Below, one piece after another: positions 14,101 to 26,200 of a DNA stretch of 64,000 nt. Under the pieces are notes generated by a model, which worked only from the letters and a program-made list of their open reading frames with translations, was not told the origin of the DNA and made no database searches. The position numbers were made by a program, and so were the translations under genes. The stretch's first letter is position 1, and the number at the start of each line of letters is the position of its first letter. This DNA is from Zootoca vivipara (Eukaryota): NCBI RefSeq assembly GCF_963506605.1, contig NC_083288.1:37014001-37078000 (forward strand), in the 5' to 3' direction.

Positions 14101-15431
14101 TTTTACGACTTTGCTAGCTGCTCGATTGGAGTATTTGGCTTTATTGCGACGAAAGGCGAGATAGAAAGAACTTGAAAACAAACAAGATACCGGAGAGAAA
14201 AGAGGCCATTGGGTAAACTCGCCCAAGGACCTGGTCAGGTTTCGTGTTTACTCTGCAAACTCAGAAGCCAGCGGCTGGAGAAGGCTCCGCTTCTCCCACC
14301 ACCCACTGCCTCGTAAAGCACTGAGACTGGAACTCTGTTAAAACAGCCTTTCCTCAACCGACTCGGCCATTAAAACCACTGACCCTTGAACCCGCTCCAG
14401 CTCCTCTTGTTGCGAGTGAGCGAAGCTGAAAGATCAATGAAGGTGACACACGGTGCTAAACCCACTGGGTGATACATTTCTGGGCCCGCCACGGAGACTC
14501 ATGCATAAATATTGTGGTAGATGTCTCTGATGATCAATAGACAGGAGGGCACACGCAAGGAGGGGGACTGGGGGGGGGGAGAGGAACGATGGGAGAGACA
14601 GAGAGATGAAGTTATAGAGCAGGTTAAGGGGACCGATAGGTACGTGTGCATGAAAATAGATGTCATGCAAGGGTTAGACAACTGAGCAAGTTGCACGTGG
14701 GCTGGGCGGGGTTGATGGGCAGATCAACAGATGGTGCTGTTTTGCGTGGCAAATGGTGGCAAAGGCAGCAAACTTGGAGTGCATGGTTGAAAAGACGTTT
14801 CTGTTGCCTGCAATGTTTTTGCTTTTGTACCTGAGCCCCTTAAACAAGCTACTGGTTCAGGTTAAAAATTTTATACTGGTGACACTCGAACAGGCACTTG
14901 GGTAAAGGAAAGGATGGGTAGTCGCAAGTTTTATTTCTCAGCTGCCTTTTGGCCCAGGAGACCCCTGGTGCTAATCTACCTGGGAGATTTTCCCATTAAG
15001 TGCCACACTGGAAGTTCTGTGCAAGTTCCCAGGAAAACAAGATATAAAGTGGACATTGGACTGTCCTTGTGCCTCACGGAGCTATGGTTCCCAGAACCAT
15101 TAACATACTGCAGTTCCCATGATTCTTTTTTGGGGGGAGAAGGGGCAGTCATGTGCTTTAAATGCATGGTGTGTAAGCAGCCTTAGATTATGCTGGAAAT
15201 TCTGCCCTGAAATTCTTCCCAGCCAGAACAGAGACAAGGATTGAGCTGCAGCAGACAGAACAAGCAAGGTGTCACGTGGCACAGCATGTAGTCCCCCAGG
15301 TGGCGGTTGGTTTCACAGCTCTGGGATTTACAGCCCTGGCTTGGCAGGATGAAGCCTCGTAAACTGGCTCAAAGAAGGAGCGAAGGGGAGGTGTGAGAGG
15401 TGTAGCTAGTTAGGAGAGCTACACTGGTGGT

Positions 15432-15470
<39 letters not shown>

Positions 15471-18400
15471 CGATCCAACACAAACACAAACACACACACC
15501 CCGCACACAACCGTGTGTGCAGTTGCTCACACACCTCACCTCGAGGGATGCTCATGTAGCTGCATGTGGAAGTGTGCAGCAGATGCATAGACAGCCATGT
15601 ACTTTGGGTATATGCCCCCCCCCACACAACCCATTAGCCAAAAATAAAGACAGGGGTGCTTCCAGATGGGAGCTTATTGTAGAATTGGTGCTACGCATGC
15701 ACCCAGATTTGGGGCAGTGTCCACCTGACATTGTTGGCAGAAAAACAAAAATCTAGCACATTACTCCCCCCCCCTTTCTTTTTTTTTGCATTTAATTTGG
15801 ATTTAATTTGTGGAAAATCTGAAAAGAAAACAACAACCTGTTATACATCTGCAGTTGCTGCTGCTGTTGAAGCTCATTGGTGCATTTTTTGCAGGGTGGT
15901 CGGGACATTTCAATGGATGGGCCTCTAATGCCACACCTCTACTGTACATGTGTTTGCTCCTCACCTGGGCACAACCTCGCAATTTTGTTTGGAACAACTG
16001 TTGCATGCAGAATCTTAACAACACTCTTAAGGTGAGCTGTTCTCTCAAGATCTCCATATAGTGCACAGGAGACTGAAATTGCAGTACTGTGCTGTACACA
16101 GAGGGGCTTCTTCTTCAAGTTTTAATACAGAGATCTTGCGCAAGGCCTCTTCATCACTCTTGTGTAAGTCAGGTAAATTTCACTCTTGCACAAGCTCAGT
16201 ATTAAAAAACCCCAAACCAAACCAAACCAAACCAGAAATGAATATCGTGTACCTCCCGCCCCAAAGCACAAGGCTCTATTTTGCCAATTGAAAAACATGA
16301 TAACGAAGGGTGGTAACATTTGTTCTTGTCCACTTCCTAGGAAAATTTTCTGTAGAAAGGTCTGCGTGCCTAGGACAGTAGAAGGCAGCAAGAGGGGAAA
16401 GTAATGGTGGGGAGAAGTGGTAGAGGGGCAGCTCCAGGCGTCTACTGGTGTGGGTGGAAAACAGCAGAAAAGCAATGAGTATTCATGACTGTGTACACTT
16501 TACTGGTCTAAAATGCAGCCAGGGCATTCCTTTCCTCAATTCTGATTGAAGTTGGTTCAGAGGGGGAATGCATCAAAACACGGCATTTAATGAGATATGA
16601 CAGGACAGATACAGATTTTGGCTAGCATCATGTGTATACCACTTCTCAAATCAGCAGTGGGAGTGCACTGAATGCAGAATATACAAGAGTGTATCTGCAA
16701 CCACACATGTAAAGCACATTATTCCCCCCAAGAATCCTGGGAACTGTAGTTCACTCATCACAGAGCTAAAATTCCCAGCTCCCTGAATGAACTACAGCTC
16801 CCAGGGATCTTTGGAGAAGTCATGTGCTTTCAAGGTATGGCATGTATAGTGGGCTAAAATATGGGAATGTGGGGAGGCTAGCATGCCAAACATTGACACA
16901 CACAAAACAGATCTGAGCAACCTGTTTGCGATATAAGACGCCCCTCCCCCCCAAAAATAAAATCTGGAAGCACCCATATAGAGGCATAGAGCAAGAAGAG
17001 GCAATCTAAGGCCCATGGGCCGGATGCGGCCCAATCGCCTTCTCAATCGGGCCCACGGGAATCAGGGTGTTTTTATATGAGTAGAATGTGTACTTTTATT
17101 TAAAATGCATCTCTGGGTTAGGTGTGGGGCATAGGAATTCGTTCATTCCCCCCCCCCTTCAAAATATAGTCCGGCCCACCACATGGTCTGAGGGACGGTG
17201 GACCGGCCCACAGCTGAAAAAGGTTGCTGACATGTGTCTAAGCTCTTACACACAGACAAACAGCTATACAATAACAGCAGCTATGCAACAACAATAAACA
17301 AAGACATCCAACTGTCACTAAGAAGCTACACACAGCTGTAGCTCAGCTGCCACAATGCTGAGGCGCACACAACTCGACTAAACCAGCACACGGAAAAATG
17401 GCAACATTGCTCACAAGCAGCTATGCCCACTCATGTTTTGCACACCCAAAATTAAACTACATATGTAAACGCACATCCACAGAGACATGTGCCTCTATCA
17501 AACATGCAGTCTGTAACATCAGGAGTTAAGCTCCTCATTCTCCCCCCTGCAGGGGGCTGCTGTTAACACAATTTAACACAATTTAGGTCAACTCAGCTCA
17601 AAGGCACTTTAAAGTCTGCAACTGTTTGCCAAGAAAACACATGGAAAGGGCAGATCCTAAAACTATCTGGCAGAAAGAGAGGAAGCCAGGCAGAGAAAGA
17701 GTGATATCTTTTATTGGACCGGCTCTCATTGCTATAAAATGCACTTGGGCTTTTGATCTTTTCATGGGGTCGAATGTACAGGTTCAGGCAATTTCATAAT
17801 ATCTGACCCGAATGCGGAAGTGTTTTTACATGAGTAGAATGTGTCCTTTTATTTAAAATGCACTTCTGGGTTATTTGTGGGGCATAGGAAGTCGTTCATA
17901 TATATTTTTCAAAATATGCTGTATATTCCTGCGTATAAGACTACTTTTTAACCCAGGAAAATATTCTCAAAGGTCGGGGGTCGTCTTATTCTCCGGGTCG
18001 TATTTCTTATACGGCGAGTATACCCCAAACTCTATATTTTAACTGGAAAAGTTGGGTGTCGTCTTATACGCCTAGTTGTCTTATACGCCGGAATATACGG
18101 TAGTCCGGTCCACCACATGGTCTGAGGCAGTGTTTCTCAACCAGTGTGCCTCCAGATGTTTTGGGACTACAACTCCCATCATTCCTGACCACTGGTCTTG
18201 CTAGCTAGGGATGATGGGAGTTGTAGTCCCAAAACATCTGGAGGCACACTGGTTGAGAAACACTGGTCTGAGGGACAGTGGACCGGCTGGTGGCTGAAAA
18301 AGGTTGCCGACCCCTGAGCCAGAATGAGATGGATGTTTCAGGGTACAGATCACACAGGAAGGGACCTTGGTGGTCATCTAGTCAACCCCCCTTCCTACTC

Positions 18401-20197
18401 ATGTAGCATTCACGATAAGTGGCCCATCAAAAGGCAGGAGATTTTGTACAGGTTTTCTCCCCCCCCCCTTTTTGAACTTTTAAAAAGAAATCAGCCCACA
18501 GGATGGTAATGCTGCGGGCACATCTTGGGGCACAAGTGACTGCCCTCTTGCAATCGCTCTAGGAAGCTTATGCATGTGGTGAACATGCCCAGAACCATCT
18601 AGGAGGGACCTCGCTCCCCACTGACGCTGGAAGGAAAGGACAGTAAGTGTGCATGTGCAATGCAACTTCACTTCTACTAAGTCAGACCACTAGCCCATCT
18701 GGCTCCATGGATGGCTCCTCTAGCTGCACGCCAGGGATGGGCAACCTGTGGCTTCTGCTCCAAATCTTGTTGGGACTCCAACTCCCATCAGCCCCACCCA
18801 GCATGGTCAGCAGCCAGGAACAATGGGAGTTGCAGTCCTGCCACATCTGGAGCACAAGAAGCCCCCCCCCTTCCTGGCCTACACTAACTGGCAATGACTC
18901 CCTAAGGTTTCAGAGAAGGATCTTTATCCCAGACCTCCTGGATGCAGAAGTGTGTCCAATGCAGGCTGATGGGGTGGGGGCAGAGGTGAAGAAGACAGGC
19001 CCAGAAAATAACCATTAAAGTCAGCCCCGAGCAGACAACTGGATTTATGAAAAAGCACTCCCAAGGAATTTGGAGACTCTTGTTCTCTTATCACACATAT
19101 TTCTAGGGCTGGTCTACACATGCAGCACAGCCAGGCGAGGCTGAGGTGGTGGTAGAATGCTGAGGTGGCAGAATGGACTTGACCACTTCAGGTTGCAGGC
19201 AGGAAGCCACATTTCCAAATGCTCCCATGGGGGGGGGGGGGAGAGAGAAACACCATCCTCATAAGCAGGAAACAAGGTACAGCAGGGAGATGCCTGAGCC
19301 AGAACGTTTATCTTCTATGCATATGGTTTTGGGTTCCCCCTCCCTCTCCCCCAAACATTTGCAGTGAGTTTTCATATGGAGGGGCAGTCAAAAATGGCAT
19401 TCTGCTACCATGTGTAGACCAGGACAAGAATACAACACTGGGCAGGGGGTGGGGTGTGTGTGTGGGGGGTAGAGAATCAAGCAAATCAAACTAAGGCAGA
19501 TTACAGTAAGTGGGTTTGGGGGGTGTTGTTGAAGGATGCATCTTCTGAGATTCCCCCAGCTCATACAAAAAGCCCATGGGTAGGCAAACTAAGGCCCGGG
19601 GGCCGGATCCAGCCCAATCACCTTCTAAATCCGTCCCACGGACAGTCCGGGAATCAGCGTGTTTTTACATGAGGAGAATGTGTCCTTTTATTTAAAATGC
19701 ATCTCTGGGTTTTTTGTGGGGCATAGGGATTCGTTCATCCCCCCCCCAAAAAAATAGTCCGTCCCTCAAAAGTTTGCTGACCCCTGTATGACCCCCATAG
19801 CTTGGAAAATAGAACCAGAAAAGGTAAGTACAGTAACAGTTGTAAAGCAAAGTCACTATAAGCAAAGGATGTTAAGTTTGCATCACTTATTGGACAATAA
19901 TATTTCCAGAAAGCAGCTGACACACTGGTATTGAAGGAGGGGGAGAACCATTTTTAAGGCATCCCCAAGGATGCCCTGGCTAGATAGCCTAGAGTGGCTA
20001 CATGGTTTCCATTTTGAGACTGTCCACTGTGTGAACACTTCCTAGCCACCCAGAATGAGAAACTGTTTTCACTTTCCCCCTAGATTTACTCTTAACAGTT
20101 TCCTTTTTATTCTAGACCTGATGGGGATCCTGCCCCATGCCCACCCACTCTTTGGGTAGCCTGTTTCAGGGCTACTTTGGTGCCTCAGGCAGAAAAT

Positions 20198-20228
<31 letters not shown>

Positions 20229-23200
20229 CCTCTCTCTCTCTCTCTTTCCCCCTCCCCCTCTCTCACACACAGTCATCTCACAAACCAATGATAAAACACA
20301 AATCCATATATTATATTATGACCAAGCACACTGTTAAATTCACTTCGTTGCGTTGACCCCCATACTCAGTTTTATATCTTGCAAACCTGTTGCCTGAGGC
20401 AACCACCTCATTCCACGGCCATTTAATTACTTCATTTTCGTCCCTGCTATTAAATTTAAAAAGTATCGTCCTGTTTCTCATCTTAGTCTGCTTGGCTATG
20501 GCTGTTCTTCATTTGCCTCACTCTGCAAAATTTGATGCCTGCTGACACTGTCTCCCCATAAAGTAAGGTTTGCCCTTCATCTTGAAATATTGCTTAATGT
20601 TTATAGAGCACTTGTAATGCACAAATCGCTTAACGGTCCTGAGCTCATTCGTTGGTAAACAGCCTTCTGAGGCAGCCATCATCTTACCTACCTCCCAGGG
20701 TTGTTGTGAGGCTAAATGAGATAAGGATTGTAAAAACACTGTGCCCACTAAAAATGTCCATAAATGTTCAATAACAATGGCTAGATGCAGACAGCTGGTG
20801 CCAGAAAATAAATACACAAATAAATGACTTAAGTGTGACTTTTTAAAAAATAAATCAGGATTGGATGTTTTTCTGTCTGCATGGCAGGAATGAGGAACCT
20901 GTTGGCCCTCTAGGTATTGTTGGATGCAAAACTCCCATCACCTCAGCCAAAATGGGTTTAAGAAGGTAGATTTAAGGTTTATTATTAGGAAATACTGGGT
21001 CACAGGTGATCAAGTATAAAATACATATACCACCACACACATGCATCTACTACTGTATATGTATTTTGGAAAGTTGATTGTTCTCTGTGCGTTCAGACAC
21101 CTCTTAAAATATTGTAACTAAATTTTATATGAGAGTTCCTGAGACCAAGGGGCAGGATACAACAGTGTATATAAGGTAAAGGTAAAGGGACCCCTGACCA
21201 TTAGGTCCAGTCGTGACCGACTCTGGGGTTGCGCACTCATCTCGCATTATTGGCCGAGGGAGCCGGCGTACAGCTTCCAGGTCATGTGGCCAGCATGACT
21301 AAGCCGCTTCTGGCGAACCAGAGAAGCACACAGGAACACCGTTTACCTTCCCACTGGAGCGGTCCCTATTTATCTATTTGCACTTTGACGTGCTTTCGAA
21401 CTGCTAGGTTGGCAGGAGCTGGGACCGAGCAACGGGAGCTCACCCCGTCGCGGGGATTCGAACCGCCGACCTTCTGATCAGCAAGCCCTAGGCTCTGTGG
21501 TTTAACCCACAGCACCACCTGTGTCCCTTACAACAGTGTATATTTAGATACAATCAGATGCCATTTTGAATCAAAATGGTGCATCGAAACTGCAGTGATT
21601 TCTGACGGGGTGTTTTACTATTCCTAGGAAATGCTGGGTTCAAGGTTGCTAGTACGGTATTCTCTAAAGGAGGTGGGGAAAGAATAGGGAGACCCCCCCC
21701 CGGGGGGGAGGCGAAAATCAAGGGTTGCCATTTGCACATCTCTATTCAAACATCCATGCTTTTCTATGAGCACAAATAATCATGCACACAAAATGAAAAG
21801 GAATTATGGGGAGGTCAAAATAAAAGAGGGGTTGTGCTAGTCTGACTATTTTGCCCAAGAGGACAGAAGTACCGTAGCTGCACTCTCTTCCGAGGACTAT
21901 TTGCCACTTTCTCTTTCAAACTGCTCAGTAACCTACAGCAAGCTCTGTGTTCTTCACCCATTGGTCGCAAGATGTTGTTGGACTACAACTCCCATCTGTG
22001 TTAGCCAATGGCCAGCGGTGATGGGAGCTGCAGCCTGACAACATCTGGAGACCCAAGACTGAAGAATGCTGATGATCACTGAGCAATAGTTTGACTGAAG
22101 CAACACTGGTTCAGCAAAAGCATGGTAATATGGGCACATCCAACATTTAATTCCAATAAAAAATAATGTGCCAGTAGCAAACCCCCTTTTTGAAATAGCA
22201 GGGTACATTTTCAGCTTTTCAAAATGGCACTGGTACTGGGAAGAGGCACCTAGTGTTGTCATACAACTATGGGCAACTGTTAACTGCAACTGGCTGCAGG
22301 GCAAGAATGTCCATTCAGCTGCAATGTCCAAACTCATTTACCAGGAAGTAAGCCCCACTGAAGGTGGTGAGATTTATTTCCAAGTAAACATATGTAGGAT
22401 TATGCTGCTGCAAGTCCAGCATTTTCAACATTCCAGTGTGAAAGCAAGGAAAATGCCGTTTGCCAGGAATGAAGACTGAAGGGTACTCGGGTCTGCACAA
22501 CCAACGTGCAAAAACAGTGTCATTTTCAGAACAATGAAGCACTGTAATGAGGTTCTATCTAATGTCAGTCCTGCTCAAAGTTGACATAAATGGAGAAGAC
22601 GAACTTAGGCACATAAATTTTATCGAGTCTTAATTGAACGCAGCCCATAGATATGGGTGTAAGACTAAGTTGTGCTTGGGGGTTCTCTGCAAGAAAAGGT
22701 GGTTGGAAGCAGCTCACCTAGCCTAGTTTTGTCTGCTCTCATTGGCTGTGGTTCCCCAAGGTCTCAGGTAGAGAGGTCTTTCAGGCCATGTGTTGTCTGA
22801 GGTCCTTTGAACTGGAGGTCCGAGGGGCTGGGCTTGGGGCATTCTGCCTGCACAAAGCTATGCTTTCTGGACCACTAAGCTATGCTTCCTGTCCACCTAC
22901 AGCCAAACAGATTGCTTTGAATGAAATAGAATTTCATCACAACAGTTGGGGTTCCTGGCTGGTTCACACATGCACATCCATCATTTGACGACCTGTACCA
23001 TGGCTCAAACAGCCACAATAGGGGATGCTTGTTTGCCCAGCACAGTGTTTTTCCATGGAGCCTGTTCACACAATTCAGCTGCATGTCACTCCGGGTTGAA
23101 CAAACAAGTGATGACATATTGAGCAATGCATTTAGGTGCATGTATGTATGAATGAGTCAGCTTTTATTTCCAGGTTAATGGGGAAAGCACTTATGTATTT

Positions 23201-26200
23201 CTTCAAGAGGAAGATGATGGATGACATCACGGATCACAGATATAGCAACAGATAGAACTTTCATGCCACCTGAACCAATGCTTTTCAATGGAGGCAGTTC
23301 AGTCACCAAGTATATAGTAATCAAGCAAAATAAATGCACGTGAGACCGAGTCCAGTGCGTTTAGGATCGGGGGAATACAGTGTTTATCCCAAGTAGATGT
23401 TTATAAGATCTAGGGATGCTGCATTAGAAATCTCCCTTTAAAAAGGTATAAACATCTAGGATTCTCTAAGAAGCAGCTTGTCCAATACAGCTGATATGTA
23501 ACACTCCAAAAAGTAAACTGAAAGGCCCTATAGCTGGAAACAACTTTATATGCCTAAACAATAAGCCCTGCCAGGGTCTTGAGAAGGTCAGAGGAGGGGG
23601 AAACTAAGGCAGCGAGGGACAACCAGGAAAATTAGGTTCCGATGAGAGATGTCCCTACCAATCAGGTCAAAGAGGAAAGAGACAATTCAAAAATCCAGTC
23701 GGGCAATACCTTTATTCGATTTAGGACCAACCAAAATGTCACAAAATAAATCGGTCCTAATAAAGGTATTGACCAACCATGGGATTACTATTATTATTAC
23801 GGAGCAATGGATTCAAGCTACAAGAAAGAAGATTCCACCTAAACATTAGGAAGAACTTCCTGACAGTAAGAGCTGTTCGACAGTGGAACTTGCTGCCAAG
23901 GAGTGTGGTGGAGTCTCCTTCTTTGGAGGTCTTTAAGCGGAGGCTTGACAGCCATCTGTCAGGAATGCATTGATGGTGTTTCCTGCTTGGCAGGGACTTG
24001 GACTGGATGGCCCTTGTGGTCTCTTCCAACTCTATGATTCTATGATTCTATTACAGTATTCTATTTTCCTTATGGACAAATGCAGCTCCTTTTTTTTTTT
24101 GAAGACTATTTTATTCCCTAGCATCACATCCTCATTTCTAGTGTAGTGAAGAGGCTAAAGGATGAGTAAGTTTAAGTTGCCAGCTCAAATCCTACCATAT
24201 GCATGAACTTACTAGGTGGTTTTTGGAAAGAGCGGTGTACTGGCCTACCTTACCAGACTGTTGGACAAATTTACAAATTTTACCGGGGGGGGGGATCTAC
24301 ATGAAGCAGTTTAAAAATATCATCATCATCATCATCATCATCATCACCACCATCATCATGGTATAATAATACATTCATACCATCTAAAACAAAGGCCTCT
24401 GCATTCTGCCTCTGCTCAGGAGCAGTTCCTGCCATTTCAGCAATATCTGATCTGGCCAGATCTCATGGCAAGTCCCAGTGTCAACACAACAACTACCTGA
24501 CAGCAATGGCACAGGCACTTATCCTGCAATCTAGCCGATCCACCTAGGAAGCTGATTCAGATATTTTTGCAGTTGCATGGATTCCTAATTGGGGGTTGGA
24601 ATTAAGAGCAAAACAGCACATTTGGCAGCAATTACGGCAGCTTGTCTATGTCTAAATCAGACCTGGTTTTCTTCCCAAGACGGGGGGGGGGGGCACAAAT
24701 GGACCACTGCTTTGCTGGTGGTCAGTTCACTTCATGCAGTAAATGCATGGTGCTGTGATGAAGTTCTTTGCAGGCTGTTGCTGCTTTTACAGTGTTCAAA
24801 TCCACACTTCCCCTGGAGGACACTAAAGGCCCGTCCAATCAGCATTCTGTTCTCAGAGTGGCCAACCAGTGGCTTATTATGGGAATTGATAGGGAGGGTA
24901 TAACAGCAATAAATAGTATGGATTCTTTCGCTTGTGATCCTCAGCGACTGGCACTCGGAAGCATCCTGCCTCTGGTACTGGAGAGGAGGCAAAGCCATCA
25001 TGGGTTGCAGCCAGCAAAATCCTTATCCTCCATTCATTTGTCTAAACCCAGCCCCACTTTAAAGTCATCCAAGCTGCTGGCCATCGCCACATCCTGTGAG
25101 AGCCAATTTCATAGTTTAACTATGTGCTGCTGTGTGTGAAAAACTACTTCCCTTTGTCTGTCCCGAATCATCAAGCTTAATGGATGTGGCATGTGAAAAC
25201 AGGTCCTGGCCCCATATTGGAATGAAGAGCCAGCAAAGGAAGTGCTACAGCTGCTGCTGTTAGCTCAGTGGTTAGAGCATCGCAGGGGGTTGGACTAGAT
25301 GATTCTCAGGATCCCTTTCAACTTTATGATTCTCTGATGCTAAGCAGCTGGCTCAGGTAATGCACAGGGGTGGGGGTGGGGAGACAGAGGTCATCTAAGA
25401 GAAGGGGGTAAAAATGCATGGGGAAATCTCCTGTTAGTGGGGAGATGAGTTGATAAGAGAATGCAATGAGAGGGTGGAAGGACTTTATCTCATCATCTTA
25501 CCCTACTTCCAATTTATAGGATTATTCCCATTTTGTCTTTACAATAGGTGAGGCTAGGTTAGCCTGGCACATGACTGGAGAAAGTTCTAGCATTAATGAG
25601 GGTTTTGAACCTGGTTCTCCCACCTGTCCAAATAATCCTGCTGGAGCCCATTAGTTAGAGGGGCTGCTCAGCCATACAAAAAAAGTGGTTTAGAATGAAC
25701 CATGTTTGTGATGCGGGGGGACTGCATAGGTGCCACACACTGAAAGCACACACCTACACACAAAATGGAACTTCGTCCATCCCTCGCAAAACTACCTTTC
25801 CCAGCACCCTTAACATATTACAGTACTTGTTGTTTCCCTCCTTTTGCCTTTTCGGTCTTTTGTTTCTCTGTTCTCTCTTGCACTTGCACCTTGGTCTTTA
25901 AAGCCCTTTCCTTGGAAATCCCTTTGCTGTTTCCAGGTTAAATGTTTTATTAGGACTGCAATCCTAGCCATGCTCACCTTGGACATAGTTCTGATCAAAC
26001 TTCCATGGATTTGGACTGCAAGACCCTGATGCTGACTAAGTGAGTCATGGAGGGGCAGCAAATCCCCCCCAATAGACANNNNNNNNNNNNNNNNNNNNNN
26101 NNNNNNNNNNNNNNNNNNNNNNNNNNNNNNNNNNNNNNNNNNNNNNNNNNNNNNNNNNNNNNNNNNNNNNNNNNNNNNNNNNNNNNNNNNNNNNNNNNNN

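Larger units (their letters stand above)
17779..18316. mobile_element. hAT MITE family A hosting two nested MITEs
   Basis: Family-A core is interrupted at 17919-18100 and at 18128-18265. Ends with AAAAGGTTGCCGACCCCTG. Confidence 0.8.

Noticed and set aside
15406-15756. Poly-Ala/poly-Cys ORFs
   Set aside because: Translation artefacts of an intronic (CAG)n repeat.
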